Assembly (NCBI GenBank): GCA_963753985.1
Contig: CAVWED010000008.1
Span: forward strand, 82,545-146,544
Direction of reading: 5' to 3'
Origin: an uncultured Chloroflexia bacterium
GTDB lineage: Bacteria > Chloroflexota > Anaerolineae > Anaerolineales > Villigracilaceae
DNA length: 64,000 nt
The number at the start of each line of letters is the position of its first letter. Position 1 is the first letter of the stretch. Below are positions 54,046-64,000 of this stretch, piece after piece. A model generated the notes under the pieces. The model did no database searches, was not told the DNA's origin, and was given only the letters and a program-made list of their open reading frames with translations. The position numbers and the translations under genes were made by a program.

Positions 54046-56229
54046 TTATTCCTCTTCCTCTTCAAACGGCATCACATCCCGTTCCCTCCCGCCGCCTTGT
54101 CCGGGGCCGACTATTCCCATCTCTTCCAGTTGATCGAGCAAGCGCGCCGCCCGTGGATACCCGATCCGCAAACGGCGCTGTAAGAGTGATGCAGATGCGC
54201 GTTGTGTGCCGCGCACAATTGATATGGCTTGCTCGATCAAACCTTCATCTTCGTCCTCGTCAGGTTCGGTCAGCAATTTTTCCCACGGCGGCGTGCTTTC
54301 AGTTTCCATCTCACTGTTCTTTTGCCAATAATCAATGATGCGCTCGATTTCCATATCGGTGACCATCACACCCTGTGCACGGATGGGATTCCCCATTTCA
54401 GGATTCAGGAACAGCAAATCGCCGTGGCCAAGCAAAGTCTCAGCGCCCGTGGAATCGAGAATGACGCGCGAATCTATGCTGGATGCAACGGAAAACGCGA
54501 GGCGCGCAGGGAAATTGGCTTTAATGAGACCTGTCACCACGTCCGTGGAAGGACGCTGTGTGGCAACGATCAAATGGATTCCGGTCGCGCGCGCCATCTG
54601 CGCCAGACGAACCAGATTATGCTCGGTCTGGTCTGGCGCGGACATCATCAAATCCGCCAATTCATCAATCAATACGACAATGCGCGGCAGAGTTATGCCA
54701 TCATCCTTGCGGGCTTGTTTGCGGTTATAACCTTCTAAGTCACGCACATGAGCGGTTTCGAGCAGACGATAACGATGTTCCATCTCGAGTACCACCCAGC
54801 GCAAAACGCCCATGATTCGATCAATATTCGTTTCAACCTTTCCATAAAGGTGTGGGAGACCATTGAAACGCAACAACTCTACCATCTTCGAGTCGATCAT
54901 CACCATCCGCAAATCTTCGGGCGCATTATTCATTGCGAAGCATGCCGCCAGCGATGTAATGCACACCGATTTTCCGGAACCCGTCGCACCGGCGATCAAT
55001 AAATGCGGCATGCGTGAGAGATCCGCAACAAGTGGACTGCCCGACACATCGCGCCCGAGCGCCATGGCCAGCGGCGCGCTATCCTTATGAAATGCGTTGC
55101 TTTCCAAAATTGGCCGCAAACGCACAACGGTCGAAATGGAATTCGGCACTTCAATACCCACATAAGGTTTGCCCGGCACGGGCGCTTCAATGCGTAATCG
55201 TTCTGCAGATAATGCCAATGTCAAATCTTTTTCCAGCGCGGCGATCTGCGCCACGCGCACTTTCATTTGCTGAACTTCATCATCCTCGCTAGTGCCCGGC
55301 CTTTTTATATAACCGGGTTGCACCGCGAACTGCGTGACCGACGGGCCAATACGATAACCAATCACGGTTGCAGGAATTCCAAATTCCGAAAGCGTTTTCA
55401 TGATCATGCCCGCGGTCTGATTGATTGTCCGCTCGTCATCGCGCGCGGCTTGTTCGGTCATCAACATGTTAAGCGGAGGCAAGCCCTCTTCGCGTGGGAT
55501 AGGCCTGAGCGGTTTCTCGCTTTTCTTCTCAACGGCTTTCAATGACGGCTGAAACTCCGGCGGAAGCGGAGCGGGCTTTTTCTTTTTGGGTGCAGACTTT
55601 GCAGGCTGTTCTTTTTCCGAAGATTCAGCAACCGCTTCCTTCTGAACCGGAAGCGGCGGAGGCGTTATCGGCTCACCTGCCAACCTTAAGAGCCAAGCTT
55701 CGAACACAGCCCATAAGCCGAATCCGGTGATGACCGTTAACAGCCATAATACAAATAAGAACAGCGCAGTCCATATTGGTCCGACATACTTACCAAGCAA
55801 ATAAGCAATCCCCCAACCCAAACGCCCGCCGTCCTGTCCAGCTTCCGCGCGGACCAGAGAATCGCTTCCGACAACGGCCAGCAAGCCCAAAGTCAGAAAC
55901 GCGGCGAGTTCCAGAGAAAGGATTCGAATCAAGCCCAGCGGTTTGCCGTTACGGCGAAGGAGCACCAATCCGCCATATCCTATCGCGAGGGCGATGATAT
56001 AACTTCCCCAGCCAAACCATTTCGATAGAAATTCCGACCAGGGATTCAGCAGAATACCACTGGTTACGCCCCATAGCGCGAGCAAAGACATCAGCGCAAT
56101 GGCAAGCAGTAAAAGGCCTGCCACGTCGCGCAGATAGCGTCCAAAGTGTAAATTAAGATGTTCGAAGCGATCCAGCCAATCACTGGATTCGGGGCGCTGC
56201 TGGTTATCCTGCTCGGAGTTGGTTGGCAT
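54046..56229 (-). CDS. ftsK: DNA translocase FtsK
   Basis: N-terminal TM helices, linker, motor domain (HLLIAGATGSGKS...VVLIDELADL...ATQRPS), gamma winged helix. Confidence 0.95.
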   Translation of the reverse strand: MPTNSEQDNQQRPESSDWLDRFEHLNLHFGRYLRDVAGLLLLAIALMSLLALWGVTSGILLNPWSEFLSKWFGWGSYIIALAIGYGGLVLLRRNGKPLGLIRILSLELAAFLTLGLLAVVGSDSLVRAEAGQDGGRLGWGIAYLLGKYVGPIWTALFLFVLWLLTVITGFGLWAVFEAWLLRLAGEPITPPPLPVQKEAVAESSEKEQPAKSAPKKKKPAPLPPEFQPSLKAVEKKSEKPLRPIPREEGLPPLNMLMTEQAARDDERTINQTAGMIMKTLSEFGIPATVIGYRIGPSVTQFAVQPGYIKRPGTSEDDEVQQMKVRVAQIAALEKDLTLALSAERLRIEAPVPGKPYVGIEVPNSISTVVRLRPILESNAFHKDSAPLAMALGRDVSGSPLVADLSRMPHLLIAGATGSGKSVCITSLAACFAMNNAPEDLRMVMIDSKMVELLRFNGLPHLYGKVETNIDRIMGVLRWVVLEMEHRYRLLETAHVRDLEGYNRKQARKDDGITLPRIVVLIDELADLMMSAPDQTEHNLVRLAQMARATGIHLIVATQRPSTDVVTGLIKANFPARLAFSVASSIDSRVILDSTGAETLLGHGDLLFLNPEMGNPIRAQGVMVTDMEIERIIDYWQKNSEMETESTPPWEKLLTEPDEDEDEGLIEQAISIVRGTQRASASLLQRRLRIGYPRAARLLDQLEEMGIVGPGQGGGRERDVMPFEEEEE

Positions 56230-56241
56230 CGAGCGAAGAGA

Positions 56242-57204
56242 CTACGCGCTCAAGCGCAGACTTAATCCCATGCGTTGATGAGCAGCATCCACATGCAAAA
56301 TACGGACATCCACCTGCTGGCCCATAGACAAAACATCCTTAACACTTTGTCCTTCGCCCAGCAGCATTTCAGAGGCATGGATGAGTCCCTCAACGCCAAG
56401 GTCAAGCCGCGCAAACGCACCATAGGAGAGAACGCTCGTGATCACCGCCGGCATAATTTGTCCCACCGAAAAATCGGTGGCCACTTTTTCCCATGGGTTG
56501 GGCAGCAAGCGCTTGAGGCTGAGAGCCACGCGGCACCGCTCTGATGAAAGATCGAGTACCTGCACATCCAGCGTTTCTCCCATTTGCACAATTTGATGGG
56601 GATGCGTGACGCGCCCCCACGAAAGCTCTGAGATATGGATCAGTCCTTCAACTCCGCCGAGGTCCACAAACACGCCAAAATCCGTGATGTTGGTGACCGT
56701 CCCTCGAACGCTCTCTCCCGCATGCAAAGAGAGAAACAATTCCGAACGCTTGCCGGGCTCTGCTAATGCAGCACGCTCGGAAAGTACAATGCGACCATCC
56801 TCGGGAACGCACTCAATCACTTTGAGTTTAAGCGTGCGACCCACGTACGCATTCAGGAATTTCTCACGATCCGGCGTATCATTACGACCCGCCATTTCAA
56901 CCAGATGCGAGAACGGCACAAAACCATACAAGCCTTCGCCTTCAACCAACAGTCCGCCGCGGTTGCTTCCAGTTACTTTCATCTCCACGATTTGATCGCG
57001 ACGATACAACTCCTGGACCTGTGTCCAATCAGGTTGTATCTTGGCCGGTTCCTCAGGTTTCGCTTCAACGCGGACCTGAGGATGGATCGGTGATCGAGAC
57101 GGCGAAGACGGCGCATGGCGCTCATCTTCCGCCAACACTGATTCCCACCAGCCATCATCGGTGACCGGCATTGAACTTTCATAAGTGTTCTTGTGATTGA
57201 TCAT
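56242..57204 (-). CDS. S1 RNA-binding domain protein (three S1 repeats)
   Basis: Repeated G-x-V-x-x-I-x-x-F-G-x-F-V-x-L motifs (GTVTNITDFGVFVDLGG, AVITSVLSYGAFARLD). Confidence 0.8.
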   Translation of the reverse strand: MINHKNTYESSMPVTDDGWWESVLAEDERHAPSSPSRSPIHPQVRVEAKPEEPAKIQPDWTQVQELYRRDQIVEMKVTGSNRGGLLVEGEGLYGFVPFSHLVEMAGRNDTPDREKFLNAYVGRTLKLKVIECVPEDGRIVLSERAALAEPGKRSELFLSLHAGESVRGTVTNITDFGVFVDLGGVEGLIHISELSWGRVTHPHQIVQMGETLDVQVLDLSSERCRVALSLKRLLPNPWEKVATDFSVGQIMPAVITSVLSYGAFARLDLGVEGLIHASEMLLGEGQSVKDVLSMGQQVDVRILHVDAAHQRMGLSLRLSA

Positions 57205-57220
57205 ACCTGCCTGCCCTTCC

Positions 57221-59137
57221 TTATTTTGTCTGAGATTCCATGTTCAAAATGGCTTTGGCAACCGCTTCAACTGCAATGCGTTGTTTGCGATACAAATCCG
57301 CCTCCGACATTGCGAGTCGCTCTGCCACCTCACGAACTTTTCGTCCTTCAATGAATTTCATCTCAAGAATATTATAGAGAATCCATTCCGTAGTGAATCG
57401 CCGTTCCCCTTCTGGGCGGACTTGATCCACGGCTTTGCGAAGAAGCGCGCGCAGGGCGTTCGATGGATTATCATCATGTTCACGCGCCAATTCCTGAACA
57501 ACCTGTAACCGCATGAGTGGGCTGTTGGTCAGCTTGGGGCCTCCCCAATAATGTGTCAGCGCATCTTTGACCCAATTGGCCAAGTCCGCTTCAGGCGGCA
57601 AGGACTCGTCAAGCATATTGGCACGGCTGTCATAACGTCCAAATGCGCGCAAACGCTGGAGCATATCCACGCGCGGCTGCAAGTCCTGAAGGGAACGAAA
57701 AACGCGCTGTTGCAGCAAACGATCTTCCAACGCCATCGCGGCGCGGTCCGCCAAAAGCCAGAGCGCATCGCGCTGATCTTTTTCCATGGATGAATGATCG
57801 TCGCGACGAGCAACTCCGAGTAACCCAAGCAAAGGCGGAACCTCATCCAGATCCATATTATCGCGTTTGCGCTGATGCAAAGGCAGCATCCAAAACTTCC
57901 CCGATTCAAATTCCCGACGTTCACTTCCGTTTCCGTTGCTTATCCTTTCCAGCGCGTCGGAAAGACCGTCATGCTCGATGAGACTGCGATTGCCTGCCAT
58001 AACAATAAGAGAAAGCGCACTTTCATCCAATGCGGCCACGAAAGCCGAGGGAGATTGCATATGATCGCGCACCGCGGCCAAAACCGCTTCAAGGAATTGC
58101 TGCAAGTCGCTTTGCGTGAGCAGACGCTCTTCCATGTTTTGTAAAATCTGCAATTCAGACCGATCATGGCCAAAGAAGAGGTACCGTTCCCATAAGGGAT
58201 AAAACAATGTAATGGCATGCTCAAAAAGTAAAACTGTTGCGACCATAGTCAAAGGTACAAAAACGGAATATGGCGTTCCCACCAAAACGCCGGCTCGGCG
58301 AACAATGGTCATCAGGCCCAAGGCCAAAGAAGCAGTGATCGGCCCGCGAATGATCCATTTGAACAAGCGACTCTTGATCACACGATCCGGCCACGAGACG
58401 CCAAAGAAGGCTACTGCATAAGCCATCACAACAACCAACCCGCCAACTAAAATATTAATGGAAGCGGATCCAAGCCAAAACAATAGCGGGAATCGCGCCG
58501 CAAACAAAGAACCATATAACAAATATGGATACGAACCCAGCGCGGGTGCAGTCGCACCGGCCATAAGATACAACATGCGTCGGCGGCCGGAACGCGTCAG
58601 CATGCGGCGATATGCACGGATAAAGTTCCAGCCCGCCCAAATCATCGCGGCGATATAGTAAACGGTAAAAACCTCGGACCAAAAAGTCGGCAGAAGATGA
58701 GGCGCCGGTTGAGCGTCCGATACGAGCGGACCTACCAAATATCCCGCTGCAAGCAGGAGCAGGAAAATTGTTGAGACTGCATAGGTCAATCAAATCGCAA
58801 ATCTCCGGCGTCCACGCGAAGGGCGGCCCGCGGTTACGAGCACCGCATCTGAAAGATGCAAATAAGCGGCAGGCAGGTAAACGATTCCGAACCAGTGAAG
58901 GCGAAGGAGTAGGTCAATTCCCCATAGAGGCACATCCTTGCTTTGCAAGGCGTTGGTAGTAAAGATCACCACCACACATAAAAGAATGATTGCGAATGAA
59001 CGTGCAACGCGGTCGCGTAAATTAAATGATAAGGAATAGAGAAACAACGAAAAGGCCGTGATGGCAATTCCGGCCGTTAAAATTTGGTTGATGATCTGGG
59101 TGCCCGCCAGTAAATTTTCCGTCCAACCGTTAAACAT
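57221..59137 (-). pseudogene. multi-TM sensor-like protein with a GAF-like region and C-terminal sigma-70 region-4-type HTH, split by one in-frame TGA
   Basis: ORFs 58790-59137 and 57221-58789 abut in the same frame (RRRFAI*LTYAVSTIF), TGA at 58790-58792. C-terminus FIEGRKVREVAERLAMSEADLYRKQRIA. Confidence 0.65.
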
Positions 59138-59156
59138 AAAGCCTTCCCAAGGCGCC

Positions 59157-59693
59157 CTATTTCAATGCCCTCGCAAAGAAAAGAGCAACATCTTGCGTCA
59201 GATAATAATGGTCATTATACCCGCAGAATTCATAACCATGTTTTTGTGCCAATCGAATCGCGGGTTGGTTTTTGGACTGCGCTTCGAGGAATAATCTGTG
59301 GTGACCGCTGGTCAATCCCCAATCCTGAGCAGCGTTCAACAGTGCACTGGCTACCCCACGACGCCTCCATTCAGGTGAGACAACGAGGTCTGATACCCAC
59401 GCCACGGAGCTGGGGCGATCTGTCAACGAAAGATAACCAATCGGGTCATTATCCACCAGCGCCGTCAACACCAAGGATTTACGAGTCCATTCATCTGCAA
59501 GCGCGAACGGGTTATTCGGGTAAGTCAGCGGAATGGAGCGTGGCAAGCGAACTTCGCGGAACGTCGCGAGGATTTGACTACCGTCGCGGCGCAACTCCAA
59601 CTGCCAGACATATTCAGATGTCACAGAATGATCCATTCCCATGATGCGGGGAAGATCGCTGGCTACCGTTGGTCGGATCTGAATCTCGGACAT
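59157..59693 (-). CDS. GNAT-family N-acetyltransferase
   Basis: VVSPEWRRRGVASALLNAAQDW... acetyl-CoA binding motif. Confidence 0.8.
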   Translation of the reverse strand: MSEIQIRPTVASDLPRIMGMDHSVTSEYVWQLELRRDGSQILATFREVRLPRSIPLTYPNNPFALADEWTRKSLVLTALVDNDPIGYLSLTDRPSSVAWVSDLVVSPEWRRRGVASALLNAAQDWGLTSGHHRLFLEAQSKNQPAIRLAQKHGYEFCGYNDHYYLTQDVALFFARALK

Positions 59694-59738
59694 AATCTCC
59701 TTTTGTTTTCAGAAAGATAATTCAATCATTAAAACAAT

Positions 59739-60419
59739 CTATGGGGCTGTAATCCGCAGTGGAATTATACAAGGTGGCAAAGACTGTCCTTGTGTATCCG
59801 TAACCACCAAACGCAGTTGATAATCTCCAGGTGTGAGAGTGGTTGTATCCCAATGTCCGAGCAAACCGTTGTCAATAGGCGTACGATTTGCGGCGATGGT
59901 AGCCCATGTATCCGCGTTAAGCGGCGCGACCTCATACTTGTAGAATCCAAAATCAGGGATGTCAACGGTGCCTGTCAAATCGACCAAGCCACTGACTTCG
60001 CTTCCGGCTTTGGGAGAAGTGATGATTAACTTGTTTGCAACGCAACCGCTGGTATTTCCTAGGGTTGGAACAGGAAGAGGTGTCAAAGCAATCTGGGTCG
60101 CAAGTTCGGCGGAGATCGTTCCCGTCGGCGTTGCAAGCACATTAATGGTCGGCGTGGAAATAAAAAAAGAGGCGGGAAGACTAGGCACAATGAAAGAGAC
60201 GGTGGCCAGCTCTCCAAAGAAAAGAAGTAGGATCAGAATCACTGAAGCTGCCGCCTGACTCATCCGATGCAAAGCAAACTCGCGTTCCAAATTGTAAACC
60301 GCTGCCCGCCATTCATTCCATGTTTTCAACAGCCAGCGGAACGCAAACAGTCCTCCTATGGCCAGCACTATATAAATCAGCATTTCGTATTGGCTGAGGA
60401 ATTGATAAATCGCGGCCAT
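59739..60419 (-). CDS. membrane-anchored protein with Ig-like C-terminal domain, unknown function
   Basis: Two TM helices, then a beta-rich domain (GDYQLRLVVTDTQGQS). Confidence 0.55.
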   Translation of the reverse strand: MAAIYQFLSQYEMLIYIVLAIGGLFAFRWLLKTWNEWRAAVYNLEREFALHRMSQAAASVILILLLFFGELATVSFIVPSLPASFFISTPTINVLATPTGTISAELATQIALTPLPVPTLGNTSGCVANKLIITSPKAGSEVSGLVDLTGTVDIPDFGFYKYEVAPLNADTWATIAANRTPIDNGLLGHWDTTTLTPGDYQLRLVVTDTQGQSLPPCIIPLRITAP

Positions 60420-60430
60420 ATCAGTACTTC

Positions 60431-61267
60431 TTACAACTGGCGTAGAACGCCGCGAATCAGTTTCTCCATCTTCGGCGTGATGAGCTTGCCAGCCTCCATC
60501 ACTTCCTCATGGCTGGTGACCGTCGAGCCATCCAGATTCGCTTTGTTGCTGATGCCGGAAAGACCAAGAACACGCATCCCGCCGTGGCGGGCAACGATCA
60601 CTTCGGGGACAGTTGACATACCCACCGAGTCTGCTCCCACAAGACGCAGGAACCGCAAGTCCGCAGGCAATTCAAAAGACGGGCCGCTCAATCCAGCATA
60701 GACCCCTTCGTGCAATTTGATATTTTCTTTTGTCGCTACGTTTCGCGTCAGATCACAAAGCGCGCGATCATAAGCTTAACTCATATCGGGAAACCGCGGT
60801 CCAAGTTCATCAAGGTTTGGACCAATTAGCGGATTTTGTCCGGTCATGCCGACCAAGTTCAAGTTGTCGGTAATTAACATTACATCGCCTGGTACAAAGG
60901 CAGGATTAACTCCGCCTGCCGCGTTGGTCACAATAAGAATTTCAATTCCCAATCGCTGCATGACACGCACTGGCAAACTCACTTGTGCCATGCTATATCC
61001 TTCATAAAAATAAATCCGCCCTTGCATGACAAACATGGTTTGCCGTTCCAGTGTACCGATGACCAAACGGCCGGCGTGTCCCAACACCGTTGAAATCGGA
61101 AAATGCGGGAGGTCGCCGAACGGGATCAGATCGGGCTTTTCAACGGACTCCGCTAAACGGTTCAGGCCGGAACCGAGGATGATCGAAACACGCGGCCGAT
61201 ACGAGGTCCGTGCCTGAATCGCTTTAACAACCTCATCAATTTGTTCAAGGGAAAAATATGGAATCAT
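60431..61267 (-). pseudogene. punA: purine nucleoside phosphorylase (PNP/MTAP family) with one in-frame TAA
   Basis: IILGSGLN...VMQGRIYFYEGY...VTNAAGGVNP...GPRFPDMS*AYDRAL...GPSFELPAD...GADSVGMSTVPE. TAA at 60776-60778, same frame on both sides. Confidence 0.8.
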
Positions 61268-61413
61268 TAATTGAGCCTGTTCTAAAGTTTGGATCTCCCG
61301 AGCAGAACCAGCTCCCCTCCAAAAGTCCTGCACGCGCTGATTATATCAGAAATCACAAGCAGATAAACATTTTTCTAGGTTCAAAAAGGTAGAAAAAAAC
61401 GGCCTATTATGCT

Positions 61414-63609
61414 ATGCTATGGCAAAACATGGCAGGCCGTCCTTCTCTTTTTGCACGTTGGCTTGGGGGCCTTACCAGACGCGAGAAAAATCCGCGAACT
61501 GAAATCCTTTATCCTTCACCCGTTGAAGTCCAATCGGATCAGATTGCGGCTCTGGGCCGCCAAGTGGAAGCCGAAAAATATCGAAACGCCCAACTCATTC
61601 TGCTTAACGAACTTAGCCAGCAGCTGGAAACGCGCCTGGATCAACCGGTGGCGGCCCAATTGGCCGCGAATACTCTCGAACGCGCAATGGATTGTTCCTA
61701 TGTATGTCTGCTCATCCACGAACCGGAACGACGGGAGTTTGTTGCAATCGCGTCAGCGGGGAAAATGGCTAAATTAATTCCGCCCGGATACCGACAACAT
61801 GTAACGCGCGGGATGATAGGACGGGTCACTCGCCTGCGAAAAACGCAAATTTCCAACGACACGCGACTGGATCCAGATTTTTTCGACTTGGTCAACGAAA
61901 AAAATTTGTCGTCGGTGGTTGTTCCGATTATTCACAATGGCTATATTGAAGGAATGATCATCGTAAATTCGGAAATTGGAGATGCCTTCCACAGTACTGA
62001 TGTAGCATTGATAGAAGCAGTCGCCGCTGAATTAGAACGCGCTTGGGAACGGTCCAGTTATCACCAACATTTAACCGAACTCATCCAGGCTGGGGTTTCT
62101 CTTTCCACAATGATCGAACAACGATCAGTCGTGCAGGAAATCGCCACCGTGACGCGGCAGACCTTGCGAGCACGGTTCGTTTATGTTACATTGCTCGATC
62201 AAGCCGGAAACTTTACCCAACGCGCGGCGTCTGGTTTCGCACCAAAATTGCAAAGGTGCCTTGAAAAGATGCCGCTGCAGAACAGTTTGATTCAAACCAC
62301 TCTAAACGCTTCTCAGACCATTCGCATTCGCGATGTTCGCAAATATCCCTTCGGCTCGTCGGAGATAGAAATTGATCAAAGCAATTTGCGAAGCCTATTG
62401 GCCATTCCAATCCGTTTGCATCGCTTGAGTATCGGATCCATTCTGGCATTCGGCAAACAAGATGAAATATTCTTCACGGAAAACGATGAATCGCTCGCAT
62501 CCCTTTTATCATCGCAATCTGCGGCAGCAGTGGAAAGTACCTGGCTTTACCAGGAATTGCGAAGCACATTGACAACAACCACTCAATTGCATCAAGTCAG
62601 TTTTGAGATTCTCCGAGCCGAAGACTTAACCCAGGCTGTGAAGATCATTCTCGAAACAGCACACAAAGTTGCAGACGCCGATTCAGGCGGCCTGGTATTA
62701 TTCGGCCCGGATAATAAGATCGAAATCGAACTGGGGATCAATGCAAAAGGTGTATATAACGGCGCTTCCCATCCGTTCAACTTAATTCAACAGGCCATGA
62801 GCAGCGGGTCAAGTATCTTTTCATCAGATCAATCGATTACGGAAGTTTGTTTCCCCATCCAGACTCGCCTTCGCAAATATGGCGGGCTTTGGCTAAGATT
62901 ATCGGAGAGTCCCAATTATGATTCGCGCCATACGGCGGCGCTGCAAACGCTCGCCAATCAAATGGAACGCGCCATCTTGTTGATCGAGTCGCGGCGCCAG
63001 GCAAAGGAAATAGAATCTGCTTATGAAGAATTGGAAACAACTTATGATCATACATTAGCGGCGCTGATGTCTGCCCTGGACGCGCGCGACAGCGAAACAG
63101 AGGGTCACAGTGCCCGTGTCAGTCATCTGGCTGCAAGTCTCGGGAAAGAAATGGCCCTAGATATCCACCAACTCAAGGCGCTGGAACGAGGTGCGCTTCT
63201 GCACGATATTGGCAAGATAGGAATCAGCGATAGTGTCCTGCACAAACCCGGCCAACTTAACGACGCTGAATGGGAAACTATGCGCCTGCATCCTGATATC
63301 GGCGCACACATTGTGGAGGCCATTCCGTTTCTGCAAGACACTCTGCCTGTCATTCGTTATCATCAGGAACGCTGGAATGGGAGCGGCTATCCCATTGGCC
63401 TGCGCGGCAAAGATATACCGCTGGTGGCGCGCATCTTTGCTGTGGCCGATGCATTTGACGCGTTGACCACAGACCGCCCATATCGCGAAAAGATATCATC
63501 TGAAGAAGCACTAGCTTTTCTGCGCGAGCAGGCCGGTGCCCTGTTCGACCCGGAAGTGGTATCTGCGTTTGAAAAACTTTTGCAGAGGGCCGCGCTGACA
63601 TTCTTGTAA
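61414..63609 (+). CDS. multi-GAF HD-GYP domain protein (putative c-di-GMP phosphodiesterase)
   Basis: Three GAF-like regions, then HSARVSHLA...HDIGKIGISDSVLHKPGQL...HQERWNGSGYPIGL. Confidence 0.85.
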   Translation: MLWQNMAGRPSLFARWLGGLTRREKNPRTEILYPSPVEVQSDQIAALGRQVEAEKYRNAQLILLNELSQQLETRLDQPVAAQLAANTLERAMDCSYVCLLIHEPERREFVAIASAGKMAKLIPPGYRQHVTRGMIGRVTRLRKTQISNDTRLDPDFFDLVNEKNLSSVVVPIIHNGYIEGMIIVNSEIGDAFHSTDVALIEAVAAELERAWERSSYHQHLTELIQAGVSLSTMIEQRSVVQEIATVTRQTLRARFVYVTLLDQAGNFTQRAASGFAPKLQRCLEKMPLQNSLIQTTLNASQTIRIRDVRKYPFGSSEIEIDQSNLRSLLAIPIRLHRLSIGSILAFGKQDEIFFTENDESLASLLSSQSAAAVESTWLYQELRSTLTTTTQLHQVSFEILRAEDLTQAVKIILETAHKVADADSGGLVLFGPDNKIEIELGINAKGVYNGASHPFNLIQQAMSSGSSIFSSDQSITEVCFPIQTRLRKYGGLWLRLSESPNYDSRHTAALQTLANQMERAILLIESRRQAKEIESAYEELETTYDHTLAALMSALDARDSETEGHSARVSHLAASLGKEMALDIHQLKALERGALLHDIGKIGISDSVLHKPGQLNDAEWETMRLHPDIGAHIVEAIPFLQDTLPVIRYHQERWNGSGYPIGLRGKDIPLVARIFAVADAFDALTTDRPYREKISSEEALAFLREQAGALFDPEVVSAFEKLLQRAALTFL

Positions 63610-63733
63610 AATATTGGAACGCAAAAAATTATGCAGTATTCAAATCCTTCTCTCCGCAATAAAGCAGTTCCACTGGATTCTGATAGCGATCAATGGAATT
63701 GGAAGATAGCGCCAAAAAAAGTCGATCTGGTTT

Positions 63734-64000
63734 TTATTGCAGAACTTTACTGAAGGCTTCGATGGTTTTGTTAACCGCCGCATCATCAATCCAATAATGC
63801 GTTACAAGACGGAAGCGTCGCATACCGGATGCGCTCACTAAAATTCCGCGCCCTTTTAATTTATCAGTTATTTCATCAGTGGACATTTTAATTTGCGGCG
63901 CAAGATCGAAGAAGACCATATTCGTCTGCGGCACGCCATTCAGAACTATGCCTCGGTTCTCACTGAGACCTTCAGCCAGATTCCGCGCCCGCGCGTGATC
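63734..64000 (-). CDS. low-specificity threonine aldolase-like PLP enzyme, C-terminal part (runs off right edge)
   Basis: ...NLAEGLSENRGIVLNGVPQTNMVFFDL...GILVSASGMRRFRLVTHYWIDD... The frame stays open to position 64000. Confidence 0.55.
   Translation of the reverse strand, partial: DHARARNLAEGLSENRGIVLNGVPQTNMVFFDLAPQIKMSTDEITDKLKGRGILVSASGMRRFRLVTHYWIDDAAVNKTIEAFSKVLQ

Noticed and set aside
1-64000. Stop-codon reassignment (TAG, TGA or TAA read as sense) as the explanation for the in-frame stops
   Set aside because: All three stop codons occur as in-frame interruptions. All three also terminate clearly complete genes at their expected C-termini (for example dgt and the manC-like gene with TAG, greA and topA with TAA, the BNR gene with TGA). 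A recoded genetic code is therefore not supported.

Overview
64-kb bacterial chromosomal window. Gene content and protein style suggest a Chloroflexota/Anaerolineae-like organism, but that is inference only. The left 8.3 kb is one end of an integrative element: a tyrosine integrase beside tRNA-Leu(TAA), RHH and XRE regulators, a primase and a RecA-fold ATPase flanking an iteron-rich putative origin, and a string of tiny coupled ORFs. Next come an ISAzo13-like IS, dgt-greA, two nested group II introns parked directly behind an intrinsic terminator, and a core block (topA, manC-like, dprA, rimM-KH-rpsP). These are followed by a two-component module with an embedded methyltransferase and a GGDEF gene. 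An accessory mosaic (27-46 kb) holds three adjacent genes that share a conserved Cys-containing C-terminal tail. It also holds IS66, an IS481-like IS, IS5 nested in ISKra4, many small DUF1801/DUF1905/VOC/DHFR-like genes, a BNR-repeat + MoaD-like pair, ffh, and tRNA-Phe/Gly/Cys. A second core block follows (tyrS, ABC transporter, lgt, CDP-alcohol transferase, ftsK, S1, punA, GAF-HD-GYP). Two patterns stand out. At least 12 in-frame stop codons and about a dozen frameshifts disable roughly 15 genes while the long core genes stay intact. A 24-nt hairpin cassette recurs inside three different mobile-element ORFs. No rRNA genes or CRISPR arrays were seen.
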